Of a stretch of 32,000 nt of DNA, positions 18,020 to 27,809 are shown piece by piece. A program made the translations under genes and the position numbers. Source of the DNA: Pseudoalteromonas tetraodonis (GTDB taxonomy: Bacteria; Pseudomonadota; Gammaproteobacteria; Enterobacterales; Alteromonadaceae); contig NZ_CP011041.1 of assembly GCF_002310835.1 (NCBI RefSeq), forward strand, positions 2,340,001 through 2,372,000. Reading direction: 5' to 3'. How positions within the stretch are numbered: the stretch's first letter is position 1; the number at the start of each line of letters is the position of its first letter. The notes under the pieces are model-generated. The model did no database searches. It had not been told where the DNA came from and was given only the letters and a program-made list of their open reading frames with translations.

Positions 18020-18793
18020 TTATGAAAGTGTAGGCACCCCACTATGAAACTTGAAGTCTTTATCTGGTGATAAAATTAGCTCAGCTTCTATGCCACCAAA
18101 AAATTTGATTCGCTCGGTAATATCAAAATCAGCAATGTCTTGAGCAAGGAGCAAGTAATCTTGATAATGACGCGCTTCTGAACGCAATAACGATATGTAA
18201 AAGTCACCTAAGCGTTTATCTACATGCGGTGCCAGTTTTGCAAAACGCTCACATGAGCGTGCCTCAATATAAGCACCAATAATGAGTTTATCGACTAAAG
18301 CATCTGGCTCATACGATTTGACATGGCGTAACATGCCTTTAGCATAACGACATGGAGTGATGCTTCTATATTCAACACCATATTCATCCATAATTTCGAG
18401 TACTTGATAAAAGTGATGTAGCTCTTCTTTTATTAGCATCACCATTTTATTAATTAAGTCTTGGCCATAGAGAGTATCTGATTTTGGGATCATCGACTTA
18501 GACAATTTATTCTTATCGCTAAGGTCGCGCCAGTCCCCTTCTCTTTTGTATATCAGAGATTCAAAAGGTTTTAACCACTCGAGTAACGCATCACCACTAT
18601 CTTTATCAACGGCATACTTACGAATTAAAAACATTGCTGATTGAGCTGCTTTTAATTCACACACGAGGTGATCTAAAAGTACTATGTCGAGATTCTCATG
18701 TTTTTTTGCTTTTTCAACCCATTTCTTAGGTGTATTACACTGCAAGAAACTATTTATTGGTTCTAAGAGTTTATTAATTTCATTTGAGTTCAT
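18020..18793 (-). CDS. miaE: tRNA-(ms2io6A37)-hydroxylase, island-borne intact copy
   Basis: 257 aa with ferritin-like di-iron motifs: CELKAAQSA, KEELHHF, EARSCERF, RSEARHY. Its ATG lies 2 nt after the recombinase stop (TAG-TA-ATG). Confidence 0.8.
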   Translation of the reverse strand: MNSNEINKLLEPINSFLQCNTPKKWVEKAKKHENLDIVLLDHLVCELKAAQSAMFLIRKYAVDKDSGDALLEWLKPFESLIYKREGDWRDLSDKNKLSKSMIPKSDTLYGQDLINKMVMLIKEELHHFYQVLEIMDEYGVEYRSITPCRYAKGMLRHVKSYEPDALVDKLIIGAYIEARSCERFAKLAPHVDKRLGDFYISLLRSEARHYQDYLLLAQDIADFDITERIKFFGGIEAELILSPDKDFKFHSGVPTLS

Positions 18794-18795
18794 TA

Positions 18796-20469
18796 CTAAT
18801 CATCTTTTAATAATATATCTAAATAGCCACTTTCTGAATGTATCTTAAGGTAATACATGAGGCGAGCTGCATTTTCAACAGTAGATCCCCTGCTTTTGTG
18901 GGGGTACATTAACCTATCGATATCCCAATCAGATGTGCGCACCTCAGTGACATATTCACTTTCTCTATAATACTCTTTTGAACCATAAAAAACACATTGG
19001 TAGGCTTTACGTTTTCGATCATATTGGCTAAATTTGAACCTAGCTACAACGTCATCCTCTTCTAAGCTAAAAGATAATTCCTTGTTTTTTAAAATTATCT
19101 TATTGCCTATCCGATTTAATTCGAGATTATAATTTAAAGGGTCGGTTTGTGATAAATCGACTATTTTTTTAGATATTGAAGCTACATTAAGTTTTGTTTC
19201 AATTTCGGCTTGTATTTCAGCTAGCTGACTAACAATATCATTTATTTCATCATCTAATTCTTCCATCAAACCAAATATTGTTCCTGATTTTTTTTCACTA
19301 TTTTTATAATAATCTTTCAGGTCAGCCAATTTTGTTTGAAGCCCTTTTAATTCATAAGTTAGTTTCGCTTTTTTCTCATGACTGGTAGAGCTTCGTTTTG
19401 CACCACTAATTTTAGCAAGTATCAAGGGCTCAACATAAGCAAAAAAGAAATGATAAGCTACAACATAAGGAAATGTTGTCGGTGCATCACAACTTTCTCC
19501 CCCCGATCTCTGTTTTCTACTACAGCGAAGCAACGGTAATGACTCTGCTGATTGTTGAATACTCATACCTGAACCACAATGCCCACACTTAACCAAGCCA
19601 TGTAAGGGCCACTTCCTGTCAGGTCTAACGCTCGTAAACAGTCGTTCTTTACATATCCGCTGAGAATTATAAAAATCTTTATCACTTACAACCGATTCGT
19701 AAAGCTTCTCATTGTAAACTAAACCTATGCACTTAGGGTTTTGAATTATTCTGATAATTTTTGTCGGATTGATATTTTTCAGTGGCTTTATTTTACCGTA
19801 TTTTTTTCTCAGTGCTCTTTCAATCAAAACTTGACCAAGTCCTTCAGCATGCAATTTAAAAATATCTCGCACTACATCCGCGTATTCATTTAACTTGCCT
19901 TTTTGGTCTAGCCAAAAAGGCATCCGCATCTTAGGGGGGATTTTATTTTCTTTGGCGTTATACTCTCGTCGACTCCAAGAGCTTTTTACTTTTTCTGAAC
20001 GCCATTTAGAATCTGAATGAGCCTTATCAATCTCAACAATTAAACGCATACGTGTTGCTAAGTCATTACGCTTACTTGGGGAGTAAACACTTTGGTCTCT
20101 TGCTGTGACAATAGAAACGTCATGATCCCAAATTTTATCAAGCAACTTCTCCGTTTCAGTAATCGTCATTCGAGACAATCTAGAAAAATGCTCAACAAGA
20201 ATAATCGAGCCTTTAGGAACTACCTTTGACTCTATTGCAGCAACAAGCCTCCCCAAAGATCCCGAACTTAAATGCTTGCCCGAAAATGCTGATACACCAG
20301 CATCAATGAGAGGCTTACCTTCAAGCTCAACCACAACGCAGTTCGGGTGACTACGTAACCACTCTCTTTGTGCCTCCCCTTGTCTATACAAAGAGCTGTT
20401 CCCTTCTTGTGCTTGAGAACTAAAGCGCTGGTATAAATATACGTTACCAGATAATTTATCGTCTGACAT
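18796..20469 (-). CDS. large serine recombinase (integrase)
   Basis: 557 aa. Catalytic N-domain: YLYQRFSSQAQ (R-x-S-S-x-x-Q), DAGVSAFSG, LVEHFSRLSR. Recombinase domain, then zinc ribbon CGHCGS...LRCSRKQRSGGESC, then a long coiled coil (LKGLQTKLADLKDYY...LAEIQAEIETKL). Confidence 0.85.
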   Translation of the reverse strand: MSDDKLSGNVYLYQRFSSQAQEGNSSLYRQGEAQREWLRSHPNCVVVELEGKPLIDAGVSAFSGKHLSSGSLGRLVAAIESKVVPKGSIILVEHFSRLSRMTITETEKLLDKIWDHDVSIVTARDQSVYSPSKRNDLATRMRLIVEIDKAHSDSKWRSEKVKSSWSRREYNAKENKIPPKMRMPFWLDQKGKLNEYADVVRDIFKLHAEGLGQVLIERALRKKYGKIKPLKNINPTKIIRIIQNPKCIGLVYNEKLYESVVSDKDFYNSQRICKERLFTSVRPDRKWPLHGLVKCGHCGSGMSIQQSAESLPLLRCSRKQRSGGESCDAPTTFPYVVAYHFFFAYVEPLILAKISGAKRSSTSHEKKAKLTYELKGLQTKLADLKDYYKNSEKKSGTIFGLMEELDDEINDIVSQLAEIQAEIETKLNVASISKKIVDLSQTDPLNYNLELNRIGNKIILKNKELSFSLEEDDVVARFKFSQYDRKRKAYQCVFYGSKEYYRESEYVTEVRTSDWDIDRLMYPHKSRGSTVENAARLMYYLKIHSESGYLDILLKDD

Positions 20470-20474
20470 AGCAA

Positions 20475-20642
20475 TTACTCACTGAATTTATATATGCACA
20501 CATTATCATTGAGCTCACATATTAAGTGATCAATTAATATGATGGGTAAGTTTTCTTTTTTGATTGCTTGTTCAACCCACTCATCGGGAGTACTGCATAA
20601 TAAAAAATTGTTAATTGGCTCTAAAAGCTGGCTATGTGGCAC
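20475..20642 (-). pseudogene. miaE: 5' stub of the host miaE (44 host codons + 11 island-encoded codons + TAA)
   Basis: Too short for the ORF track. Reverse translation from GTG 20642 reads (V)PHSQLLEPINNFLLCSTPDEWVEQAIKKENLPIILIDHLICEL|NDNVCIYKFSE*. The host part is colinear with residues 4-47 of the island MiaE (...KLLEPINSFLQCNTPKKWVEKAKKHENLDIVLLDHLVCEL). Confidence 0.75.
20487..20500. repeat. right terminal inverted repeat of the island (TTTATATATGCACA)
   Basis: Exact reverse complement of 7701-7714. It lies 18 nt upstream of the recombinase ATG. Confidence 0.8.
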
Positions 20643-20677
20643 GCTGACTACTCATTGCTAAAAATTGCGATTATGGC

Positions 20678-20706
20678 ATTTTAACATGAAATATTACTCT
20701 GAATAA
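20678..20706 (-). promoter_or_regulatory. candidate sigma70 promoter of the host miaE, now feeding the stub and possibly the recombinase
   Basis: On the minus strand: TTATTC (20706-20701), 17 nt, TAAAAT (20683-20678), about 36 nt upstream of GTG 20642. Motif-level guess only. Confidence 0.3.
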
Positions 20707-20841
20707 AATAAACACTCGCCCTTATTGCAAGCATGTGGATAACTTGACTTTGTATACTTACTGAACCATAACTAAATGGACTGTATAAAAACAAACCAAT
20801 TATAACCAAACAGTAATATATCCTTTTATGGAGAGCACGCA

Positions 20842-21441
20842 ATGATACTAAATCACCTATGGGGTTTATACGCCCATCCACTCGAAGAATGGCAAACAAT
20901 TGATAACCGTCACGAAAGCTTAACCTATAGCTTATCGCACATTTTGCTTATCGCTTTATTTCCCTCTGCAATGGGGTACTACTCATCGGTTTACTTAGGC
21001 TGGAGTATAGGTACAGGTAATCCAGTATTTTTAACCCATGAAAGCGCACTGATGATTGGCGCAGCCATGTATGTCGCTTTAATTGGCGGTGTATTTGCAC
21101 TGGCCTATTTAGCCCATTGGATGGCGGTTACTTTTGGTGCTAAACCGACTTTTACCCAAACAATTGAGCTGGCAGCTTATACCGCTACACCGGTGTTTAT
21201 GTCGGCATTGGCAGCTTTTTGGCCTGAGCTGTGGTTTGTGGTGTGTGTTGGATTAGTTGCACTCGCCTACTCAGTTTATTTACTGTACACCGGCGTGCCA
21301 ATTTTGATGCACATTCCGCAAGAGCGCGGCTTTATTTATGCAAGCTCTGTTGTTACCTGTGGATTAATTTTACTGGTTATTATATTAGCACTTACCGCTA
21401 TGCTATGGACCAACGGTATTATCAGCCCCATGTTTACTTAA
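20842..21441 (+). CDS. Yip1-family inner membrane protein (YohC-like)
   Basis: 199 aa with about five hydrophobic helices. The N-terminus HLWGLYAHPLEEWQTID resembles E. coli YohC as I recall it. GGAG lies 8 nt upstream of the ATG. Confidence 0.7.
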   Translation: MILNHLWGLYAHPLEEWQTIDNRHESLTYSLSHILLIALFPSAMGYYSSVYLGWSIGTGNPVFLTHESALMIGAAMYVALIGGVFALAYLAHWMAVTFGAKPTFTQTIELAAYTATPVFMSALAAFWPELWFVVCVGLVALAYSVYLLYTGVPILMHIPQERGFIYASSVVTCGLILLVIILALTAMLWTNGIISPMFT

Positions 21442-21462
21442 ATATTCCTTTTCTATAGACGC

Positions 21463-21491
21463 AAAAAAGGAGCTGTTAAGCTCCTTTTTTT
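21463..21491. terminator. bidirectional rho-independent terminator between convergent genes
   Basis: A6-GGAGCT-GTTA-AGCTCC-T7. The stem is 21469-21474 / 21479-21484. It sits between the YohC-like gene (+) and purF (-). Confidence 0.75.
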
Positions 21492-21528
21492 ATTAGCCTT
21501 AAAATACTATCAGGCTAACATTACATTA

Positions 21529-23055
21529 TTAATCAGATTCGTTTTCATCTTGATTATGTATTTCTAAACCAGATGACATTGCGTTTTCACGGATGCTTTT
21601 AGCTGAATCGTTGCGCAGCTTATCTATACGGTTTAAGTAATCTTGATCAATGTCGCCAGTAATGTATTGTCCGTCAAACACTGATGTTTCAAACTTAGTG
21701 ATCTCTGGGTTTTCTTGGCTAACGGCAGCAATTAAATCGCTTAACGATTGAAAGATTAAACCATCAGAGCTAATGCTTTGGTTAATATCTTCTACTTCAC
21801 GGCCGTGTGCAATAAGTTCTGCCGCAGATGGCATATCTATACCGTATACATTTGGAAAGCGTATTTCAGGTGCTGCTGATGCAAAGTAAACATTTTTAGC
21901 GCCTGACTCGCGTGCCATCTCTACAATTTGTGCTGAGGTGGTACCACGTACAATTGAGTCATCAACAAGTAGGACATTTTTACCTTTAAACTCACGATCA
22001 ATCGCATTGAGTTTTTGGCGAACTGATTTTTTACGAAGCTCTTGGCCAGGCATAATAAACGTACGACCAATATAACGATTTTTAACAAAGCCTTGGCGAT
22101 ACGGTAAGTCAAGCACGCGTGCCATTTCTAATGCAATATCACACGAGGTTTCAGGAATAGGAATAACCACATCAATGTCTTTGTCTGCCCATTCACGCGC
22201 TACTTTTTCACCTAACTTAGTCCCCATATTTACACGCGCTGCATACACTGACATGCGGTCAATGGTTGAATCCGGTCGTGCAAAATAAACAAATTCAAAA
22301 ATACACGGTGAGTAAGACACTTTATCTGCACAGCTTAAAGAGTGAAACTCTCCATTTTCAGTGACATAAATAGCTTCGCCTGGGGCAACGTCACGAACAA
22401 ATTCAAAACCGTCAGGCTTTAATGCTACGCTTTCTGAGGCAAACATGTATTCAGTGCCGTTTGCTGATTCACGTTTACCAAACACCAATGGACGAATACC
22501 GTTTGGATCGCGAAACGCCACAATACCATGACCGATAATCATGGCGATAGTGGCATAACCGCCACTTACTTTATTGTTAACTTCAGTAACCGCGGTGAAA
22601 ATATCTTCAGGGTCTAATTTTAGTTTGTCTGATTTACTTAGCTCATGCGCCATGATGTTAAGTAAAATTTCAGAATCAGAGGTCGTATTAACATGGCGAC
22701 GTGCCTCTGAAAATAACTGCTCTTTTAACGACTCGGCATTGGTTAAGTTACCATTATGCGCAAGCGCTATACCAAATGGAGAGTTTACATAAAACGGCTG
22801 AGCCTCTGACGAACTTGAAGAACCCGCTGTTGGGTAACGCACATGGCCAATGCCAATATTGCCTTGCAAACGTTTCATATGACGAGTGTGAAATACATCT
22901 TTCACTAGGCCATTTGCTTTGCGCAAGCTAAATGTATTGTTCTCAATAGTTATGATACCCGCAGCATCTTGGCCACGGTGTTGCAAAACGGTTAAGCCAT
23001 CATAAATCGCCTGATTAACTGGCGATGTTCCGACTATTCCAACGATACCACACAT
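21529..23055 (-). CDS. purF: amidophosphoribosyltransferase
   Basis: 508 aa. MCGIVGIVG provides the N-terminal nucleophile Cys. PRPP-binding loop [13 protein letters not shown]. Conserved cvpA-purF arrangement. Confidence 0.95.
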   Translation of the reverse strand: MCGIVGIVGTSPVNQAIYDGLTVLQHRGQDAAGIITIENNTFSLRKANGLVKDVFHTRHMKRLQGNIGIGHVRYPTAGSSSSSEAQPFYVNSPFGIALAHNGNLTNAESLKEQLFSEARRHVNTTSDSEILLNIMAHELSKSDKLKLDPEDIFTAVTEVNNKVSGGYATIAMIIGHGIVAFRDPNGIRPLVFGKRESANGTEYMFASESVALKPDGFEFVRDVAPGEAIYVTENGEFHSLSCADKVSYSPCIFEFVYFARPDSTIDRMSVYAARVNMGTKLGEKVAREWADKDIDVVIPIPETSCDIALEMARVLDLPYRQGFVKNRYIGRTFIMPGQELRKKSVRQKLNAIDREFKGKNVLLVDDSIVRGTTSAQIVEMARESGAKNVYFASAAPEIRFPNVYGIDMPSAAELIAHGREVEDINQSISSDGLIFQSLSDLIAAVSQENPEITKFETSVFDGQYITGDIDQDYLNRIDKLRNDSAKSIRENAMSSGLEIHNQDENESD

Positions 23056-23073
23056 GTAATTTATCCTCGCCGA

Positions 23074-23568
23074 TTAACGGTTTACTGAATTTAAAAAGCT
23101 CGAGTTGTTTTCTAGGTACGAAAAGAACCATTCAACTACAAAGCCAAATTCTGGAATCAAAATAGAGTTGCCCCACCAATGCGTACTTGGCGCACCAGTA
23201 AAAGCATCAAGAAAGAAGAGTAACGCGCTCACGACCAACACGCCTCGAAGAGCACCAAACACCACACCAAAAACACGGTCTGTGCCGGATAATCCGGTTC
23301 GCTGTACAAGCTCACCTAAAATATAGTTTAGTAAACCGCCTAACAATAGCGTCGCAAAGAATAATATGGCAATGGCCGCCGCATTTCTTAAAAGGGGTTC
23401 AGAAATGGATGTTAGGAAGGAAGCTAAATATTGATAAAATAAGCTGGAGATGATGAAAGCCCCTGCCCATACCGCTAATGACATAGCTTCTTTAACAAAG
23501 CCGCGTATTAAACCGATGATGGTAGAGAGTGCAATAATGCCAAGAATGGCGTAATCAACCCAGATCAT
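23074..23568 (-). CDS. cvpA: colicin V production / membrane protein CvpA
   Basis: The track ORF starts at a TTG (23577). The ATG at 23568 gives [31 protein letters not shown], which matches the E. coli CvpA N-terminus. Four TM helices. Confidence 0.85.
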   Translation of the reverse strand: MIWVDYAILGIIALSTIIGLIRGFVKEAMSLAVWAGAFIISSLFYQYLASFLTSISEPLLRNAAAIAILFFATLLLGGLLNYILGELVQRTGLSGTDRVFGVVFGALRGVLVVSALLFFLDAFTGAPSTHWWGNSILIPEFGFVVEWFFSYLENNSSFLNSVNR

Positions 23569-23870
23569 AAGAACCAATTAGTCGCTAATTTTGGGCGCAT
23601 TCTATACCTAAACCTCCTTGTGATGCAAGTTTAAGCGTGAGATTACAGGTGAGTAAACACACACCATTATTAGATTAAAAATAGCGCAGTCTCACCGTTA
23701 TAAAAACAACAAACATTTTGTTTATAGCGCATCTATTTTGCTATTTTTGTGTGGGCATTGATAAGTAAAGGAGCGAAGCTAAAAATGCGATAAAGGTCTA
23801 TTTAAACGTATAAAATAAGACGAGGTAAGTGTGTAATATCTCGCGATAAACACACTTCCTTTTATTGAAT

Positions 23871-24500
23871 TTATTTGGTCACTTCAAATTGGGTGACTTT
23901 ACCGTTGAGTTTGGTTAACTCTTTAAGTGCAGGAAGTTGAGATTGCAGTTCTTGTTTATTCAGTGATGGTCCGACAAAAACTTTCGTTAACGTCCCATTT
24001 GGCGTTTTAACTGGTTTAGTAAAAGTTTTAAACCCTTTAGCCTTGAGCTTAGCTTGCAGCGCTTTTACATTGGCTGCATGTGAAAAACTACCTAACTGAA
24101 TAACATACGCCATGCTAGTTAAGTTTTCGTTAGCTGGGCGCGTAGGTTCTTGAATTGCAGCCGTACTGCTTTGGTTTGTATCAGGTATTACCGCTTCAAC
24201 CATTGCAGGCTGGTCGGTAATGTCTGTTTGAGCAGCACTGTTTTGCTGTTCAAATGCGGCATCATCAGGCTGAATATCTTCAACTTCATCCTCTTTTAAA
24301 GGCTGTGCATTTGCCACTTTTTGATCGATTGATTCTTGCAAATCAATGGTCTTGAACTCAGAGCGTTCTGGAATCGCTTTAAAGCCTTCTTTATAGTGCA
24401 CTTTTTCACCATCGAGTATATTGGGAATAAACACAATTGCTGCGATCACCACAATACTTGTTCCGACTAAGCGATTAATAAAACCTGAGTTCACCGACAT
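23871..24500 (-). CDS. dedD: SPOR-domain cell division protein DedD
   Basis: 209 aa. N-terminal TM (LVGTSIVVIAAIVFIP), low-complexity linker, C-terminal SPOR-like YVIQLGSFSHAANVKALQAKLKAKGF...VFVGP. It lies between folC and cvpA as in E. coli. Confidence 0.8.
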   Translation of the reverse strand: MSVNSGFINRLVGTSIVVIAAIVFIPNILDGEKVHYKEGFKAIPERSEFKTIDLQESIDQKVANAQPLKEDEVEDIQPDDAAFEQQNSAAQTDITDQPAMVEAVIPDTNQSSTAAIQEPTRPANENLTSMAYVIQLGSFSHAANVKALQAKLKAKGFKTFTKPVKTPNGTLTKVFVGPSLNKQELQSQLPALKELTKLNGKVTQFEVTK

Positions 24501-24505
24501 CCTCT

Positions 24506-25771
24506 CTATTTTTTAAAGTAATGAATAGCGCCAGCCACGGTAAAAAATGAACCAAATACAATTAATAGTGTGTTAGTTGGCTGGTTTGGCAAGATAGCAT
24601 CCAATGCTGCCTCTACGCTATTATAACCCTGTTTAAAATAACTATTAGGAATGCTTAAAAGTGCCTGATGTAAATTAGCAGCGCTATCGCCGCGTGGGCC
24701 CTCTAAGCTCGCAAACGACCATTCATCTACTACATCACTAACTTCTTTAAGCACACCAACCTTATCTTTATCAGCAAGCATAGCGGCTAATGCATGAATT
24801 TTAAAGCCTTTATCTTTATAGCTTGCTAATTTAGTCGCTAAATAGCGAGCTGATTCAGGGTTATGTGCTACATCGGTATACACTAATGGCTCTGCACTTA
24901 GTTGTTGAAAACGTCCCTCAACGACTAAGTTCGCTAAACACTGAGTAATCACCTCATCGCTCGGTAATAAGTTTAGTACCGATAGAGCGGTTAATGCCGT
25001 GGCTACATTTTGACATGGGATTGCTGGTTTAGGTAACTCAAGATTATGCTCTTTAAATTGCCAACTAAAACTCTGCGCGTGCTCTTTAAAAATAAAGTCG
25101 CTGCCAGATAACACCATATTAGCGTTAATTTCTTTACCATAATCGGTCATTGTATGTGGAATATTTAAGTCCCCAATAATTGCAGGAGTACTCTCTCGAA
25201 AAATACCCGCTTTATCATAAGCAACTAATTCACGCGTGTCACCTAAGTATTCTTTATGATCTAAGTCGATGGTGGTAATGATGCTGGCATAGGGGGTAAC
25301 AATATTGGTCGCGTCAAAACGCCCGCCTAAACCTACCTCTAACAGCACGTAATCAACCTCTAAACGCTTGAATATTGCTAACGCGCCTAAGGTGCCATAT
25401 TCAAAATATGTCAGTGGGGTGTCACCACGACCTTGTTCTAATAAATTAAACGCATCGACATGGTATTGATCGTCAAGCTCTGCGCCATCAACGCGTACGC
25501 GCTCATTGTAACGAATTAAATGCGGAGAAGCATACGTACCAACACGATAACCTTGGGCTAATAACAGTGACTCTAAACAACGTGCTGTTGTGCCTTTGCC
25601 ATTGGTGCCTGCAATAAGAATGATTTTACTTGAGGAGGTTAAAAGCCCAATGTTGTTAGCAACACGAGCAACGCGTTCTAAACCCATTTCTATATTAGCA
25701 GGGTGAACACTCTCTAAATAACAAAGCCAATCATCAAGGCTTGATGATTGGCTAGGAATTGTTTTTGTCAT
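24506..25771 (-). CDS. folC: bifunctional dihydrofolate synthase / folylpolyglutamate synthase
   Basis: 421 aa. Mur-ligase P-loop IAGTNGKGTT, plus HLIRYNERV and DVAHNPESA. Synteny accD-folC-dedD. Confidence 0.9.
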   Translation of the reverse strand: MTKTIPSQSSSLDDWLCYLESVHPANIEMGLERVARVANNIGLLTSSSKIILIAGTNGKGTTARCLESLLLAQGYRVGTYASPHLIRYNERVRVDGAELDDQYHVDAFNLLEQGRGDTPLTYFEYGTLGALAIFKRLEVDYVLLEVGLGGRFDATNIVTPYASIITTIDLDHKEYLGDTRELVAYDKAGIFRESTPAIIGDLNIPHTMTDYGKEINANMVLSGSDFIFKEHAQSFSWQFKEHNLELPKPAIPCQNVATALTALSVLNLLPSDEVITQCLANLVVEGRFQQLSAEPLVYTDVAHNPESARYLATKLASYKDKGFKIHALAAMLADKDKVGVLKEVSDVVDEWSFASLEGPRGDSAANLHQALLSIPNSYFKQGYNSVEAALDAILPNQPTNTLLIVFGSFFTVAGAIHYFKK

Positions 25772-25796
25772 AGCATGTAATCAGTAAAGCTGAAAT

Positions 25797-26672
25797 TTAC
25801 GCTACTCTATGCTCTTGTTCCGTAGAAGGCAAGTTCATAAATTTTGCTAAGATACGTGCTAGCGTATCGCGCATTTCTCGACGGTCTATAATCATGTCGA
25901 TTGCGCCATGTTCTAACAAGAATTCACTGCGTTGGAAACCCTCTGGTAGCGTTTCGCGAACAGTTTGTTCAATAACACGCGGACCGGCAAAACCAATCAA
26001 AGCTTTAGGCTCTGCAACATTAATATCACCAAGCATTGCCAATGATGCTGATACACCACCCATTGTTGGATCTGTCATTACAGAAATAAACGGTAGGCCT
26101 TTTTCAGTCATTTTAGCCAGTGCCGCACTGGTTTTAGCCATTTGCATAAGTGACATAAGGGCTTCTTGCATACGAGCACCGCCCGATGCAGAAAAACAAA
26201 TCAGCGGCATATTATGCTCTAAACATTGGTCAACCGCGTCAACAAAACGAGCACCCACTACCGATGCCATTGAGCCACCCATAAATGAGAATTCAAATGC
26301 AACAGCAGCAACCGGAATGCCTTTTAGGTTCCCTTTCATTGCGACAAGCGCGTCTTTTTCACCGCTTGACTTTTGAGCTGCATTGATACGATCTGAGTAT
26401 TTTTTTGAGTCTCTAAATTTAAGCACATCTTTAGGTTCGTGTTGGGCACCTAACTCGTGACGATCGCTTTCATCTAAAAACTGTTCAAGACGTTTACGAC
26501 CACTAACACGCATATGATGATCGCATTTAGGGCATACGTTCAGTGATTTTTCTAATTCTGCTTTATATAAAATTGAATCACATGACGTACATTTAGCCCA
26601 TACACCTTCTGGAATTTCTTTACGACCTGAAGATTTAGTCGTTTTTGGTAAGATTTTTTCTAGCCAACTCAT
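25797..26672 (-). CDS. accD: acetyl-CoA carboxylase carboxyltransferase beta subunit
   Basis: The track ORF starts at TTG 26678. The ATG at 26672 (AGAGAG 6 nt upstream) gives [10 protein letters not shown]... Zinc ribbon CTSCDSILY...CPKCDHH. The carboxyltransferase core follows. Confidence 0.9.
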   Translation of the reverse strand: MSWLEKILPKTTKSSGRKEIPEGVWAKCTSCDSILYKAELEKSLNVCPKCDHHMRVSGRKRLEQFLDESDRHELGAQHEPKDVLKFRDSKKYSDRINAAQKSSGEKDALVAMKGNLKGIPVAAVAFEFSFMGGSMASVVGARFVDAVDQCLEHNMPLICFSASGGARMQEALMSLMQMAKTSAALAKMTEKGLPFISVMTDPTMGGVSASLAMLGDINVAEPKALIGFAGPRVIEQTVRETLPEGFQRSEFLLEHGAIDMIIDRREMRDTLARILAKFMNLPSTEQEHRVA

Positions 26673-26848
26673 TTGCAACTCTCTTAATGCTGTTCTGTGT
26701 CGCGAGTCTACATGTTAACCATGCAAACAAATTTTTCCAATTAAAACATGAATTACGCTGTCACGGTATAAAAAACTGGTCTTAGTAGTTAGCAATACGA
26801 ATAACAGCGTATAAATTTAGCCTCAAAATATACACATCTCGTTACTTA

Positions 26849-27643
26849 TCAAATATCACTGTCGGCTAAAAACAATGGTCCTAGCGGCGTTCTAGGGATA
26901 TTAAAATGATCTGGATAATCAACATCCACTAAATATAAACCTGCTGCTTTTGCTGTAGCGCTCGCTTTAGCTCGCTCTTTAACATCTAGCAGCTCTTTTA
27001 ACCAAATTGGTTCATGTTTATGTAAGCCAATATCCATTAAACAACCCGTAATATTACGTACCATATGGTGTAAAAACGCATTGGCTTTAATATCAATAAT
27101 GACATAAGCACCTTGGCGCTGTACCGATAAATGATGAATCGTTCGCGTTGCCGTATTAGCTTGGCAGTGCAGCGCTCTAAACGAGGTAAAGTCATGCTCA
27201 CCTAGTAAATATTGACACGCCTGCTGCATTTTCACTTCATCTAGTGGGTGATGAAAATGTGTAACACCTTCATTTAATACCGCACCACGAAACGCATAAT
27301 TGTAAATAACATAACGATAACGACGAGCAGTTGCACTAAAGCGGGCATGAAAGTCTTCCACCACAGGTTGTGCAAAACGAATAGCAATATCTTTGGGTAA
27401 TAAGGTGTTCATACCTAATGTAAAGGCCACCATTTCACGCTCAGCATGTGTATCAAAATGCACTACTTGTCCAGTGCCATGTACACCGGCATCGGTACGC
27501 CCTGCACATACAATTTCAACTGGATGATTACAAATGCGCGACAACGCTTTTTCTACTTCTTGTTGTACACTATTTACGTGTGATTGACGCTGCCAACCAC
27601 TGTAACGTGCGCCATTGTATTCTACTCCAAGTGCTACTCGCAT
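26849..27643 (-). CDS. truA: tRNA pseudouridine(38-40) synthase
   Basis: 264 aa. [20 protein letters not shown], catalytic GRTDAGVHG, and the YRY motif (RRYRYVIY). Confidence 0.9.
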   Translation of the reverse strand: MRVALGVEYNGARYSGWQRQSHVNSVQQEVEKALSRICNHPVEIVCAGRTDAGVHGTGQVVHFDTHAEREMVAFTLGMNTLLPKDIAIRFAQPVVEDFHARFSATARRYRYVIYNYAFRGAVLNEGVTHFHHPLDEVKMQQACQYLLGEHDFTSFRALHCQANTATRTIHHLSVQRQGAYVIIDIKANAFLHHMVRNITGCLMDIGLHKHEPIWLKELLDVKERAKASATAKAAGLYLVDVDYPDHFNIPRTPLGPLFLADSDI

Positions 27644-27809
27644 AATTACTGCTTTACCTACTGTGCTAATCGACGCTGCATTTTATGCTATATGGCGTCC
27701 CAATAAAAGCAGCGAACTAAGGTTCCTAACTATGCAATACAAAAAACCCGCTATTAGCATCACTAATAACGGGTTTTCATATCAACCATACCTTACAGGA
27801 GCTTGGTTA

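Larger units (their letters stand above)
7681..20508. mobile_element. ~12.8-kb integrative mobilizable (defence) island inserted in miaE
   Basis: It is bounded by the two halves of one gene. A large serine recombinase sits at the right end. A 14-bp inverted repeat lies near both ends. A relaxase plus an oriT-like region lie inside. The cargo is a type I R-M system and an HNH nuclease. See findings for the junction reconstruction. Confidence 0.8.

Noticed and set aside
20681-20899. Minus-strand 72-aa ORF
   Set aside because: It spans the divergent promoter region and overlaps the start of the YohC-like gene. It shows no motif or SD.
23708-23723. Possible PurR operator upstream of cvpA-purF (ACAAACATTTTGTTT)
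   Set aside because: It has one extra base between the half-sites relative to the 16-bp PurR box (..GCAAACGTTTGC..) and lacks the central CG. It is too degenerate to call without a matrix search.
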